DNA of 64,000 bases from an uncultured bacterium (GTDB lineage Bacteria > Acidobacteriota > Thermoanaerobaculia > Multivoradales > JAHZIX01), in the NCBI GenBank assembly GCA_965368975.1, contig CBDUPA010000001.1, positions 224,001 through 288,000 on the forward strand. Reading direction: 5' to 3'. The notes under the pieces are model-generated. The model was not told the DNA's origin, made no database searches, and was given only the letters and a program-made list of their open reading frames with translations. Positions 21,283 to 31,454 of the stretch are shown in pieces. The stretch's first letter is position 1. Every line of letters starts with the position of its first letter. The position numbers and the translations under genes are program-made.

Positions 21283-22896
21283 ATGCTAGCGATGCGGAAT
21301 GACGGGCCCCAGGCCCGAGACACGTGTACCCGTGCGGGTGCACGCATAGGGCTGATGCTTTGCTTGTCGGCCGCGGTCCTGCTGTCGAGCTTGCCGCTGC
21401 AGGCGCAGCCCGCGGTCGAACTCCGGGCCGGCGTCGGTGCCGAGCTACCGGATGCGCAGTTGCCGGTCGAGGGCGACCAGGTCTCGCTGTCGCTCGAGGA
21501 CGCGGTGCGGATCGCGCTCGAGCGCAACCTACAGCTGGTCATCCAGCAGTACGACCTGGCGCAGAGCGACACGCAAATCGAGCAGAACCGAGGAATCTTC
21601 GACCTCAACCTGAGCGGTTTCTTGGACTTCAGCGACGACACCTTCCCGTCGGGTTCTGACCTCGATGGCGCCGATGTTCGGCAGGACGAGTCGCACAACC
21701 TGAATCTGTCGCTGAGCCAGCTGACGCCCTTTGGCGGTACCGTGGCGCTCGGCTGGAACACCGTGCGCTTCGAAACCAACAACGCGTTCGTGGTGCCCAA
21801 CCCGCGCTACTCGATCGGCACCGAGCTGTCGTACACGCAGCCACTGTCGCGGGGCTTCGGCCAGGTCGCGACCCAGCGGGGTATCCTGATCGCTCAGACC
21901 AACGCCGAGATCAGCCGCCAGACCTTCGAGCAGCAAGTGATTTCGGTCATCCAGCAGGTCGAGAACGCCTACTGGAACCTGGTGCAGGCGCGCAAGCAGT
22001 TGGAAGTGTCGATCCAGAGTCTGACGTTGGCCCAGGAGCTGCACGATCGCAACCGCATCAAGGTCGAGGTCGGCACGTTGGCGCCGTTCGAGCTGGTGCA
22101 GAGTGAAGCCGGTATCGCCCAGCGTGAGGGCAACATCATTCGCGACCGGGCGACCGTTGGCGACGCTGCCGACGAGCTGTTGCGGCTCCTCAATGTGCCG
22201 CAAGGCGACATGTGGATCAAGGAGCTGGTACCGGAGACCGAGCCGACTGTGTTGTCGATGGACTTCAACGTCGATCAGGCGATTTCCACCGCGCTCGAGG
22301 CACGCAGCGAATTGCGTGCCCAGGAGCTGTCAGTGGAGAACCTGCAGATCGACGCTGAGTTCTTCGAGAACCAGATGCGACCCCAGGCCGACCTCCGCGT
22401 CGGCTACAGCGTCTCGTCGCTCGACGGCGATCATACGGCGTCGTTCAACGAGCTGACCGACATGGATTTCACCGGCTGGTCAGCGCGACTGACCATCGGC
22501 ATCCCGCTGCAGAACCGCAGTGCCCGGGCGCAGCAGGCGAACGCCGACCTGGCGCTCAACCGCGGCCGCGCCCAGCTGAACAATCTGGAGCAGCAGATCG
22601 TCACCGAGGTGCGCAGCGCCGTGCGGCAGCTGGAAGCCGCGGTCAAGGGGGTGGAAGCCGCGCGCGCCTCGCGCGAGGCCCAGGAGAAGAGCCTGGAAGC
22701 CGAGCGCAAGCGCTACGAGAACGGCATGTCGACCAGCTTCCAGGTGCTGCAGATCCAAGACGATCTGACGCAGGCTCAGAGTTCCGAGGTTGCCGCGATC
22801 ACCAGCTACCGTACGCGTCTGGCAGACTACTACCGGGCGATCGGCAAGCTGTTGGCGGAGAGCGGCGTCGAGTTGGTGCTCAGCCCAGACGAGTAA
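21283..22896 (+). CDS. TolC family outer membrane protein
   Basis: Signal peptide; LSLEDAVRIALERN, VENAYWNL and ERKRYENGMSTSFQVL motifs; GAGGA RBS. Confidence 0.92.
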   Translation: MLAMRNDGPQARDTCTRAGARIGLMLCLSAAVLLSSLPLQAQPAVELRAGVGAELPDAQLPVEGDQVSLSLEDAVRIALERNLQLVIQQYDLAQSDTQIEQNRGIFDLNLSGFLDFSDDTFPSGSDLDGADVRQDESHNLNLSLSQLTPFGGTVALGWNTVRFETNNAFVVPNPRYSIGTELSYTQPLSRGFGQVATQRGILIAQTNAEISRQTFEQQVISVIQQVENAYWNLVQARKQLEVSIQSLTLAQELHDRNRIKVEVGTLAPFELVQSEAGIAQREGNIIRDRATVGDAADELLRLLNVPQGDMWIKELVPETEPTVLSMDFNVDQAISTALEARSELRAQELSVENLQIDAEFFENQMRPQADLRVGYSVSSLDGDHTASFNELTDMDFTGWSARLTIGIPLQNRSARAQQANADLALNRGRAQLNNLEQQIVTEVRSAVRQLEAAVKGVEAARASREAQEKSLEAERKRYENGMSTSFQVLQIQDDLTQAQSSEVAAITSYRTRLADYYRAIGKLLAESGVELVLSPDE

Positions 22897-22922
22897 GCTC
22901 CACGCCAGGTGCCGCTTGCAAG

Positions 22923-22958
22923 AAAGGCGATCCGTGGCTCGAGCCCGGATCGCCTTTT
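22923..22958. terminator. Probable bidirectional intrinsic terminator
   Basis: AAAGGCGATCCG...CGGATCGCCTTTT between convergent genes. Confidence 0.8.
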
Positions 22959-22993
22959 CGTATTCAGGGCGGCCCTCCGCTATACGGGCTGGA

Positions 22994-23701
22994 TCAGCGC
23001 AACCGAACCGTGACGTCTCCCGCGCCGGTGCTGGCATCGACCCGGGACGATCCTTTGCCGGCGCGCCATTCGACGCCGCGGTGCACGAAACCGCTACCCT
23101 CGACGCGTCCGCCGTCGACATAGAGCGCTGCTTCCCCGAAGTTCGAGCTTACCTCGGCGCGGCCGAAGTGCTTGGCGCGTAGGGACATCCGGATGTCTCC
23201 CGTCTGTACGCGCGCCTCGATGTCCCCCTCGACGTCCTCGACGACCAGCTCGCCGACACCGACGCGGACCTCGATCTCCGCTTCCTCGGGCACACTGACG
23301 CGCGTGACGATGCGAATGTGGTGTGCGCGCAGTTGTGTGCTGCCGCGAGTCATCAAGTTCAGACGCCCGTCGCGCCGCCGCCATTCCAACTCGACATCGT
23401 CGGCGGCGCGTCGGCAAGCCGATGCGTTGTCCGAGTCGCAATAGACCTCGATGTCGACGCGGATGTCGTCGCTCCATCCACCGCGGCCGGTGACCTCGAT
23501 GCGCCCGACCTGGGTCGAGATCTTGATGCCGCGAGCATCCTCCATCGGCACCGCCTGTTCGAGGGTGCGGATGGGGTCGGCGCCGACGGTGGTCGGCGTG
23601 AACAAGCCAAGGCCGGTAAGGAGCAGGGCCAGAGCGTGCGCGGGGAAAGTAGTATCGCGAAGCCACCAACGGCTGCGGGAAGGTGTGCGAGGTCGAGTCA
23701 C
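22994..23701 (-). CDS. DUF4097-like beta-strand repeat secreted protein
   Basis: Signal peptide; repeated x-G-x-I/V units (QVGRIEV, GVGELVV, QTGDIRM, GAGDVTV); GGAG RBS, GTG start. Confidence 0.75.
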   Translation of the reverse strand: MTRPRTPSRSRWWLRDTTFPAHALALLLTGLGLFTPTTVGADPIRTLEQAVPMEDARGIKISTQVGRIEVTGRGGWSDDIRVDIEVYCDSDNASACRRAADDVELEWRRRDGRLNLMTRGSTQLRAHHIRIVTRVSVPEEAEIEVRVGVGELVVEDVEGDIEARVQTGDIRMSLRAKHFGRAEVSSNFGEAALYVDGGRVEGSGFVHRGVEWRAGKGSSRVDASTGAGDVTVRLR

Positions 23702-23812
23702 GGGAAATCTCCTTGCAAAGCTCTCGGTAGGACGTTGTCGACGCTACGGGTATACACTATGGCACATCGAGTTCACAACCTGAATTGAATCGACTTTCTG
23801 GAGGCGCCCACG

Positions 23813-25315
23813 ATGACTCGACCCCCCCGTCCATTGCCCGTTTCTCAGTCACTCCACCGCCCTTCGTGGGTCCTCTCGGTGCTGATTCTGGTGCTGGCCC
23901 TGGTGCAGGTCAGCTGCTCCTACAACCCCGCCACCGGTCAGAACCAGGTGATGCTGATCTCCGAGGCGCAAGAGCTGGAGATGGGGCGCCAGGGCGACGC
24001 GGACATGGTGGCCTCGATGGGGCTCTACGACGATCCGCTGATCCAGGAGTACGTCAATGCCCTGGGCCAGGAGCTGGCCTCGCATTCCGAGCGTCCGGAT
24101 CTCAACTGGACCTTCCGTGTCATCGACGACCCGATCGTCAACGCCTTCGCCTTGCCGGGCGGCTACGTCTACATCACGCGCGGCATCCTCAGTCACTTCA
24201 ACACTGAAGCCGAGTTGGCCGCGGTTCTCGGGCACGAGATCGGTCACGTCATCGGCCGGCACAGCGCCAACCAGATGAGCAAGCAGCAATTGCTCCAGGT
24301 CGGCGTCATCGCCGGCACCATTCTGCTCGACGACGACTACGCCTTGGCTGGTGCCATCGCTGGTTCCATCGGCGCCCAACTGCTCAGTCTCAAGTTCGGG
24401 CGCGACGATGAGCGCGAGGCCGATGCCCTTGGCCTGCGGTACCTCGACCGCGCCGGCTACGACCCGCGACCGATGACCGAGGTATTCGACACCCTCGGCC
24501 GCGTCAGCGAGGCCGCCGGTGCTGGTGGCACTCCCGGCTGGTTGTCCACTCACCCGAAGCCTGAGGACCGCAGCGAGCGGATCGGTACCGCCATCGCCTC
24601 GCTGAACATCGACTACAGCCATCGCAAGGTCGGCCGCGAGGTCTACATGAACCGGGTCGAGGGCATCGTCTACGGTCCCGACCACCGCCAAGGCTACTTC
24701 GTCGACAACGCCTTCTACCACCCGGCGCTGGCGCTCAAGCTAGAGTTCCCACGTGGCTGGCAGGTGCAGAACCAGCGCCAGGCCGTGGTTGGCGTCAGCG
24801 GCGACCAGGACGCCTTGATCCTGCTGAGGATGGCCGACGAGCAAGGGAGCCTTGAAGAGGCTGAGCGGGCCTTCCTGGCGCAGCAAGGCGTCTATGCCGG
24901 TCCGTCCTGGAGCCCGGCGATGCAGGGTTTTCAGGCCGTCGGCCGCGAGTTCGAAGCGCAGAACAACAGCGGTCGTCTGCGCGGCCGTGTCGCCTTCGCC
25001 GAGCAGGACGACAACGTGCTACAGCTGATGGCCCTGAGCGACAAGCGCCAGTGGACGACCTACGAGGACGCGTTCTTCGACAGCCTCACCAGCTTCTCCC
25101 GCCTGCGCGATCGTCGCTACCTCGAGGTCGATGCGGCGCGTATCGATGTCGTCACCCTGCCGCGTGCCATGACGCTGGCCGAGTTCCACGAGCGCTTCCC
25201 GTCGACCATCGACCTCGACGAGGTCGCGATCCTCAACCATGCCTATCCGGACACCCGTTTCGAGCGCGGTGCCCAGGTCAAGCGGGTGGTGGGTGGAGAG
25301 CTGCCGCAACGGTGA
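23813..25315 (+). CDS. M48 family metalloprotease lipoprotein
   Basis: Lipobox-like VSC; NAFALPGG, ELAAVLGHEIGH, EREAD and LSTHP motifs. Confidence 0.95.
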   Translation: MTRPPRPLPVSQSLHRPSWVLSVLILVLALVQVSCSYNPATGQNQVMLISEAQELEMGRQGDADMVASMGLYDDPLIQEYVNALGQELASHSERPDLNWTFRVIDDPIVNAFALPGGYVYITRGILSHFNTEAELAAVLGHEIGHVIGRHSANQMSKQQLLQVGVIAGTILLDDDYALAGAIAGSIGAQLLSLKFGRDDEREADALGLRYLDRAGYDPRPMTEVFDTLGRVSEAAGAGGTPGWLSTHPKPEDRSERIGTAIASLNIDYSHRKVGREVYMNRVEGIVYGPDHRQGYFVDNAFYHPALALKLEFPRGWQVQNQRQAVVGVSGDQDALILLRMADEQGSLEEAERAFLAQQGVYAGPSWSPAMQGFQAVGREFEAQNNSGRLRGRVAFAEQDDNVLQLMALSDKRQWTTYEDAFFDSLTSFSRLRDRRYLEVDAARIDVVTLPRAMTLAEFHERFPSTIDLDEVAILNHAYPDTRFERGAQVKRVVGGELPQR

Positions 25316-25365
25316 TCCAGCAGAGAATCGGGGCGAGCGGGAAAGGCGGCTAGCTCACTTCCGGT

Positions 25366-26568
25366 TCAGCTCAGCGCCGCGATCGCCGCCCGCGCCATGT
25401 CCGCCGTCAGGCAGAGACGGTGGCCGCCTTCGGGCTTGGGCTCGAGTGCCTCGTTCTGCCAGGGGTCGAACTCCAGCGGGTTGATCATCTCGCCGAAGAT
25501 CGGACGCAGAGCGCGGGCCCCCAGGCGATTCTCTCTGTGCGCCTGCTCGGCGATCAAGGCCGCCGCGAGGTCTTCCAGTTCCAGGTCGACGTCGAGCGTG
25601 GCGAAGAACTCGCGGGCGCGCACGAACGGGGAGTCGAAGGACAGCAGCAGGATCTGGCGCAGCACCGGAATGCTCAGGTCGCTGAGCACGACCGTCTTGT
25701 CGAAGCGAGCCAGGAACTGCGGCACCATGCCGAAGTCGAAGAGGTCGCGCGCTTCGAGCATGTCGGCGAGAGAGAAGACGGTGTCGATGCGCACCTGGCC
25801 GTCGGCGGTGCGGATGGTCTGCTTGCGCAGCTTCTTGCCACTACCCGGACGGGTGACGCGGTCGTAGACCTGGTCGTAGAGGCTCTCGAAGGCACCGCCG
25901 CAGAGGAACATCATGCCCTTGGTGTCGATGTCGAGGGTCACCGGCTTCTCCTGGCCGTCGACCCAGGCGTGTGTTTGGTAGGCGATGCGCTCACCCTCCA
26001 TCAGCGTCAACAGGCCCTGCTGCAGCACGACGCCGAGCGGATTCGGCTTGCCGGCCAGCACGGTGGCCATCTTGTCGATCTCGTCGATACAGATCGTGGC
26101 GCGCTCCATGCTCTCTTTGAGCGCGGCCGGTGTCGGCTTGGGCCCGGCCAGGGAGCGCGCGCGCTGTTCGACCGATGCCATCAAGCGGTCGGGACGGAAC
26201 TCGAGGCGCTCGGCGTCGACCAGCAAGTTGGCGTTGAGAATGGTCACCGCGCGAAAGGCGCGGTACGCCGGCACGTCGTGGTAAAGACGCTGGATGTTGT
26301 TCATGATCGTCGTCTTGCCGGTACCGGAGTTGCCAATCATCAGCAGGTTTCCCGGCACCTTGCCGGTGGTGTGCTTGAAGATGGCGACAGCGACGAAACG
26401 CAGGGCACGATCCTGGCCGAGCACGCCGCGCTTGAGTTCGGTGAAGATCTGCGGTGGCCGGACCTCGCTGACGTCGGTGGCGTCGAGAATGGAGGATGGC
26501 GGCGTCTCGCCCATCGTGGGAGAGTCGGTCGAGGAATCGGTGGGGGAATCGAGAGTCGCGGTGGTCAT
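25366..26568 (-). CDS. ClpX-like AAA+ ATPase lacking the N-terminal zinc-binding domain
   Basis: VLGQDRA, GNSGTGKT, CIDEIDK, QQGLLTLMEG, FLCGGAF and GARALR motifs; AAGGAG RBS. Confidence 0.85.
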   Translation of the reverse strand: MTTATLDSPTDSSTDSPTMGETPPSSILDATDVSEVRPPQIFTELKRGVLGQDRALRFVAVAIFKHTTGKVPGNLLMIGNSGTGKTTIMNNIQRLYHDVPAYRAFRAVTILNANLLVDAERLEFRPDRLMASVEQRARSLAGPKPTPAALKESMERATICIDEIDKMATVLAGKPNPLGVVLQQGLLTLMEGERIAYQTHAWVDGQEKPVTLDIDTKGMMFLCGGAFESLYDQVYDRVTRPGSGKKLRKQTIRTADGQVRIDTVFSLADMLEARDLFDFGMVPQFLARFDKTVVLSDLSIPVLRQILLLSFDSPFVRAREFFATLDVDLELEDLAAALIAEQAHRENRLGARALRPIFGEMINPLEFDPWQNEALEPKPEGGHRLCLTADMARAAIAALS

Positions 26569-26756
26569 GATGGCTCCTTCCGCATCAGTGTACGGATCGG
26601 CGGGGCGCTTTGCCCACGCTGCGAGGTAGATTGCTTCGCCTAGCGTCCGCTGCCCGCGATCAGAGACTCAGCCCTGCTCTGAGGCTGGTGTATTCTGACC
26701 CGGGCGTACGATGAGGTTGATGGACGCCCGGTTCCTGATTCTGTTCGGAGGATTCC

Positions 26757-28220
26757 ATGCTCGATTCCGTTCTTGGCCAGCGCGCCACCGCTCGCTCGAC
26801 CCTGCTGCGTCTCACCCTCTGTGTCACCGCTCTCTTGAGCCCCCTGGCCGTCAAGACGGCCGCGGCGGAGCCGATCGATGTGCGCGGGCGCGTCGAAGAT
26901 CCGGAAGGCAACGGTGTCGGAAGCGTCACGGTGAGCGTTACAGGTGCGGATGGCTTCCAGGTGCAGGTTGAGAGCGACTCGCGCGGCCGCTTCCGCCTCA
27001 CCTTGCCGTCTGCCGCCGCGGCGTATGCTTTTCGCCTGGAGCGCGATGGCTACCGGGTCCTGCGGCGGACCGTCCGCCCTACGGCCATCGACGACGAGGA
27101 TCGCCTGCGCCTGGATTTCACCCTTCAGCTGCAGCGTCGTCTGACACGCGGTCAACCCTTGCTCGATTCAGAAGGCCGCCGTATCTGGCCCAACAGCGCC
27201 TGGGACGCCTATCGCCGCGGCCTGACGGCTCACGAGGCGGGCGATGCGGAGACGGCGCGGCAGGAGTTCGCCGATGCCCTGCAGATCGAGCCGAGATTTC
27301 CGCCCGCCAACGCTGCCATCGCTATTTTTCGCCACGACGATGGCCGCTACCGCGAGGCACTGGTTGCCGCACAGACCTTCTTCGCCTACCGCGACGACGG
27401 GAGCACTTCCAACGAGATGGCCGTCGAGATCCTGCACGTCCAGGCCGATGCCGCCTTCGCACTCGGGGACTGCGCCACGGCCCTGGCTTCTGCCAACGCC
27501 GTCCTGCAGGTGCAGCCGCAGGCTTTCTCGGCGCTGCGCATCCAGTACCTGTGCTACCAGAACCAGGGCAAGGACGTTGAGGCCCTTGCAGCCAAGGAAG
27601 CGCTCAAGAACTCCGACTCTGCCCTCGGTGCCGCGATCGAGATTCACAACGCTGCCGTCGCCCGCTTCCAGGCTGGCCGCTATGTCCAGGCCTCCCGAGA
27701 CTTCGAAACCGCTCTCGAGCTCGACCCCAACCTCATCCCTTCCTGGTCCGGCCTGGCCAAGAGCCATTCCCTCGGCCGTCGACACGCCGAGGCCCTGAGT
27801 GCAGCTGAGCAGCTGCTGCAGCGGGCACCCGAAGACGTCCCAGGCTGGAACATCCGCTGCGATGCTCTGGTCGCCCTGGAGCACGATGAGGCCGACGTTC
27901 GCGCCTGCCTGCTGCGCCTGGTCGAACTCGATCCCGACAACAAAGACCACGCCCACCGCCTGCACCAAGCCGCCTTCCGGGCCAGCAATCGCGGTGATGC
28001 CGACACCGGGGTCGAGTTCTTCCGCCGGGCACTGGCAGTCGACGCAGAACTTCTCGTCAGCCACCGTTCGCTAGCCACCCTGTTGGTGCAGCAGGGGCGC
28101 TACGAGGAAGCAGCCGAAGCTGTCGAGGCGTTGCTACGCGTCGCGCCGGGGGATACGCAGGGGATGCGGCTGCGGGAGCGTATCCAGGGGCGCTCTGGAG
28201 GCGATACCCGGACCCCCTGA
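26757..28220 (+). CDS. Secreted protein with carboxypeptidase-regulatory-like domain and TPR repeats
   Basis: GGAGG RBS; signal peptide; VRGRVED.EG..V..VTV..SDSRGRF beta-sandwich; multiple TPRs. Confidence 0.85.
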   Translation: MLDSVLGQRATARSTLLRLTLCVTALLSPLAVKTAAAEPIDVRGRVEDPEGNGVGSVTVSVTGADGFQVQVESDSRGRFRLTLPSAAAAYAFRLERDGYRVLRRTVRPTAIDDEDRLRLDFTLQLQRRLTRGQPLLDSEGRRIWPNSAWDAYRRGLTAHEAGDAETARQEFADALQIEPRFPPANAAIAIFRHDDGRYREALVAAQTFFAYRDDGSTSNEMAVEILHVQADAAFALGDCATALASANAVLQVQPQAFSALRIQYLCYQNQGKDVEALAAKEALKNSDSALGAAIEIHNAAVARFQAGRYVQASRDFETALELDPNLIPSWSGLAKSHSLGRRHAEALSAAEQLLQRAPEDVPGWNIRCDALVALEHDEADVRACLLRLVELDPDNKDHAHRLHQAAFRASNRGDADTGVEFFRRALAVDAELLVSHRSLATLLVQQGRYEEAAEAVEALLRVAPGDTQGMRLRERIQGRSGGDTRTP

Positions 28221-28261
28221 GGGGAGTCGAGTCACCGGCACCCCATGCTAGGCTACCCGCC

Positions 28262-28696
28262 ATGAGAGGCCCTACGAGCAGCGACCACAAACCCGGATCC
28301 CCAGCCCTCGCCGCAGAGGGCGTCAAAGACCCCGCTGAGGCTCGTCGCCGGGTGGCCGAGGCGATCGGTATCCCGGTGGCGCAGCGGCACATTCTGCTGT
28401 GCCTCACCGAGGGCAAGCCGAAGTGTTGCGGTGTCGACGACATGCAGGCGTCGTGGAAGTACCTCAAGGGACGGCTCAAGGAACTGGGCCTTACGGAGAG
28501 CGGCGGTGTGTTGCGGAGCAAGGTGGGATGCTTGCGCCTGTGCCGTGATGGGCCGGTGGCGGTTGTGTATCCCGACGGGGCCTGGTACCACGGCTGTACG
28601 CCGGAGGTGCTGGAGCGCATCATCCAGGAGCATCTGATCGGCGGACAGCCGGTTGTGGAGCACCTGGTGATGGCCCAGCCGCTGTCGGCCTGCTGA
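28262..28696 (+). CDS. Thioredoxin-like [2Fe-2S] ferredoxin
   Basis: [27 protein letters not shown] and [12 protein letters not shown] motifs. Confidence 0.92.
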   Translation: MRGPTSSDHKPGSPALAAEGVKDPAEARRRVAEAIGIPVAQRHILLCLTEGKPKCCGVDDMQASWKYLKGRLKELGLTESGGVLRSKVGCLRLCRDGPVAVVYPDGAWYHGCTPEVLERIIQEHLIGGQPVVEHLVMAQPLSAC

Positions 28697-28927
28697 GATT
28701 CTTCGAGTCGTTCAGACGAGCCTAGCCTGGACTCAAAATGCCGGTTCATCGCCTTGGTGGCGATGGCCGGCATTGTTGTTTTTCAGCTCAGTCATAGAGT
28801 CATTTATTCTTGTGAATATTTTCCCTATTCGATCACGACCCCGGATCGGTAGAAGTTCGAATCCACTCAAAAAATAGTCGTCCCGCTTTCGTCACTCCAC
28901 CACACCATAATAGTCAAAAGGCATGAT

Positions 28928-28943
28928 CGGCAGGCGCGTTGCT
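28928..28943 (+). promoter_or_regulatory. Possible sigma-54 promoter upstream of RiPP-like precursor 1
   Basis: CGGCAG-GCGCG-TTGCT with GG-N10-GC spacing, in an AT-richer intergenic region. Confidence 0.35.
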
Positions 28944-29096
28944 GCCAGATTCAAGGCATTTGATTTACGGATATCCGTAATTTGAGGGGCCCCTGTGTTT
29001 CCACTAGTTCTGTGTGATCCATTGCTGATGCAGCACCTCCGTGTGAGGTCGCGAAGCAGCACTTTCCATCTCCCCCCGTCCATCCGGAGGTTTACC

Positions 29097-29279
29097 ATGA
29101 AGAAGAAGTCCGATCGCAAGTTGATGCTGTCTCGTGAAACGCTGAGTTCCCTCAACGAGGAGCAATTGAACAAGGCAGCGGGCGGGGATACCGAGTACCC
29201 GTGCCTCGATACGAATATCCTGACCAACTACGTGAGCTGTGCTTGCTACACGATGAACGGTTGTAGCCTCAGTTTCTGA
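29097..29279 (+). CDS. Putative lanthipeptide-like RiPP precursor (60 aa, double-glycine leader)
   Basis: GGAGG RBS; leader MKKKSDRKLMLSRETLSSLNEEQLNKAAGG; core DTEYPCLDTNILTNYVSCACYTMNGCSLSF with 4 Cys and 7 Ser/Thr. Confidence 0.8.
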   Translation: MKKKSDRKLMLSRETLSSLNEEQLNKAAGGDTEYPCLDTNILTNYVSCACYTMNGCSLSF

Positions 29280-29490
29280 GGCTGAAACGGTACCCGGGGC
29301 GGCCCGATCCGGGTGCTGATCAGCAGGGCCGACGTTCCCTTCAGGGCGGGGTCTTTGGACTCCGCCCTTGTCGTCGTGCGGTTCGCTTGAGACAATCGAA
29401 GTACGGCATTGCTGCTGAACTCAATACAACGAGTCCCCGACTCCGGGGCGAGAACCTGTTTGAGGCCGGATCGAACGGCCGGAGGTGACC

Positions 29491-30390
29491 ATGGCGAAAC
29501 GAATCGGACTGGCACTGACCGGTGGTTCGCTGCGTGGCGTGTGCGCGCAGACGGGAGCGCTGAAGGCTCTACAGGAAGAGGGAATCGAGTTCGATGTCCT
29601 GATCGGTAGCTCGGCGGGAGCGATCGTCGGAGCGCTCTATGCCGGTGGTTTGGAGCCGGTCGAGATCGAGCGTCGCTTGCGGGCGCTGCGCCGACGCGAC
29701 TATATGGATCCAGATCTCGAAGGTACCGTCGACGCGATCGGGGACAAGCTGAAGGGATGGCACGGGCTGCTGCGCGGTGAAGCGCTGCTCGAGTGGCTGC
29801 GCGAGCGGTTGCCGGCACACAACCGTCTGGAGCAAACCGAGCGCAAGCTGTACTTGACGGTCACCAACGTTTCGCGCGGCGAGGCTCAGGTGAAGAGTCA
29901 CGGTCCGCTGGCAGAGTACGTACGGGCCTCGGCGGCGCTGCCGCTGGTGTACCGCTTGCAGGAGGTGGAAGGGGACTTCTACGCCGACGGCGGCATCTTG
30001 AACAATGTGCCGGTGGCCGCGCTGGTGGAGGCGGAGGCCGCCGAGGGCCGGCGGGTCGATTGCGTCGTGCTGGTGACCACGCTCAATGTCGGGCCGGAGA
30101 CAGCCGTATCGGATAATGGTTTCCTGGGTCAGGACTTCACGCCCGGCCACGTACTCGGCCGCTTCTTCGACGCCCTGGAGCGTCAGATCAAGGGCGACAA
30201 CCTGGATGCCGATGGCAGTCCGGTGTTCCAAGTCAAAGCGCGCGTGCCGGATCTAGGTTTGTTCGAGCCGGAGGGTATCCGAACCTGCATCGAGGCGGCC
30301 TATCGCAACGTCAAGCAGCAGCTACGCGACGGATTGCTGGACCTGACGCCGCTGCGCGCGGAGGACGCGGATGGCAGCTTCATTCTCTGA
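29491..30390 (+). CDS. Patatin-like phospholipase
   Basis: GGSLRG oxyanion loop, GSSAG nucleophile and DGG motif; GGAGG RBS. Confidence 0.93.
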   Translation: MAKRIGLALTGGSLRGVCAQTGALKALQEEGIEFDVLIGSSAGAIVGALYAGGLEPVEIERRLRALRRRDYMDPDLEGTVDAIGDKLKGWHGLLRGEALLEWLRERLPAHNRLEQTERKLYLTVTNVSRGEAQVKSHGPLAEYVRASAALPLVYRLQEVEGDFYADGGILNNVPVAALVEAEAAEGRRVDCVVLVTTLNVGPETAVSDNGFLGQDFTPGHVLGRFFDALERQIKGDNLDADGSPVFQVKARVPDLGLFEPEGIRTCIEAAYRNVKQQLRDGLLDLTPLRAEDADGSFIL

Positions 30391-30416
30391 TGGAAAATTT
30401 GCCGATGGAGGGTGTG

Positions 30417-31454
30417 ATGAGTGATGTTTTGACAGCAGTTCGGGCTGTGCGTGCCCCGGCGGCGAGTGGCAGGGGCATGCAAGAGACGGGCAATCAGGTG
30501 GGCCTGGTGTGCACCGGCGGCAACTTGCGCGGTGTGTGTGCTGAAACCGGGGCGCTGATCGCTCTGGAGGAAGCAGGCGCTCGTTTTGACGTCGTGATCG
30601 GAGCTTCCGCGGGCTCGATCGTCGGTGCACTGTATGCGTCCGGCATGGCACCGCGCGAGATCGCTGCGGCGTTGCGCACACTGCGACGCAAGGACTACCT
30701 GGATGCCGACTGGCGGGGGTTGGTGTTGGCGGTGCCGCGCTTGTTCACCGGTTGGCACGGGGTGTACAAGGGGCAGGCACTGCTGCGCTGGCTCAAGCAG
30801 CACTTGCCGGAGCACAACCGCATCGAGAAGACCGAGCGCAAGTTGTACCTATGTGTGACCAATACGTCGCGGCAAGAAGCGCAGGTCAAACAGCAAGGGC
30901 CGTTGGCCGAGTTCGTGCGTGGCTCGGCGGCGTTGCCGCTGGTGTTCAAGATGCAGCGCGTGGAGGGGGAGTGGTACTCGGACGGTGGCATCCTCAACAA
31001 CGTGCCGGTGGACGAACTGGTCGAGCACGCCCCGGAGGTAGGTCGACTGGCGATTGTCACCGCGCTGCGCGTGGAGGAGAAGGAACGCGGTCCGAGCGAG
31101 CAATTTCTCCGCAAGACGTTCACGCCGCTGCACATGATCGGCCGCTACCTGAAGGCAGTGGAGGTCGAGATCAAGCGGACCAATCGCGATCCGGAAGGGC
31201 GTGACGTGGTGCTGGTACGTGCGCGGGTGCCGCGCATCGAATTGGATGAGCCGCAGCGGATCGACGAGGCCATCCAGGCTGCCTACGAGGATGTTTGCCG
31301 GCGCCTCGACAAGGGAGAGTTGAAGATCGATGCCCTCTTTTCTGAGGAGGGCGAGCGCGCCGCTCAGGCGTCCGGTGGCTCCTCGGCCTCTTCTTCGGCG
31401 GCTTCTCCGCTGGCGACGTCCTCGGCGACGCTTCCTCCTACTACGGCCGTGTAG
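30417..31454 (+). CDS. Patatin-like phospholipase (tandem paralog)
   Basis: GGNLRG, GASAG and DGG motifs; start uncertain (30390, 30417 with GGAGG RBS, or 30477). Confidence 0.9.
   Translation: MSDVLTAVRAVRAPAASGRGMQETGNQVGLVCTGGNLRGVCAETGALIALEEAGARFDVVIGASAGSIVGALYASGMAPREIAAALRTLRRKDYLDADWRGLVLAVPRLFTGWHGVYKGQALLRWLKQHLPEHNRIEKTERKLYLCVTNTSRQEAQVKQQGPLAEFVRGSAALPLVFKMQRVEGEWYSDGGILNNVPVDELVEHAPEVGRLAIVTALRVEEKERGPSEQFLRKTFTPLHMIGRYLKAVEVEIKRTNRDPEGRDVVLVRARVPRIELDEPQRIDEAIQAAYEDVCRRLDKGELKIDALFSEEGERAAQASGGSSASSSAASPLATSSATLPPTTAV

Noticed and set aside
28892-29227. 111-aa minus-strand ORF and the 28995 upstream start
   Set aside because: The minus ORF is antisense to the precursor and has no motif; the GGAGG RBS supports ATG 29097
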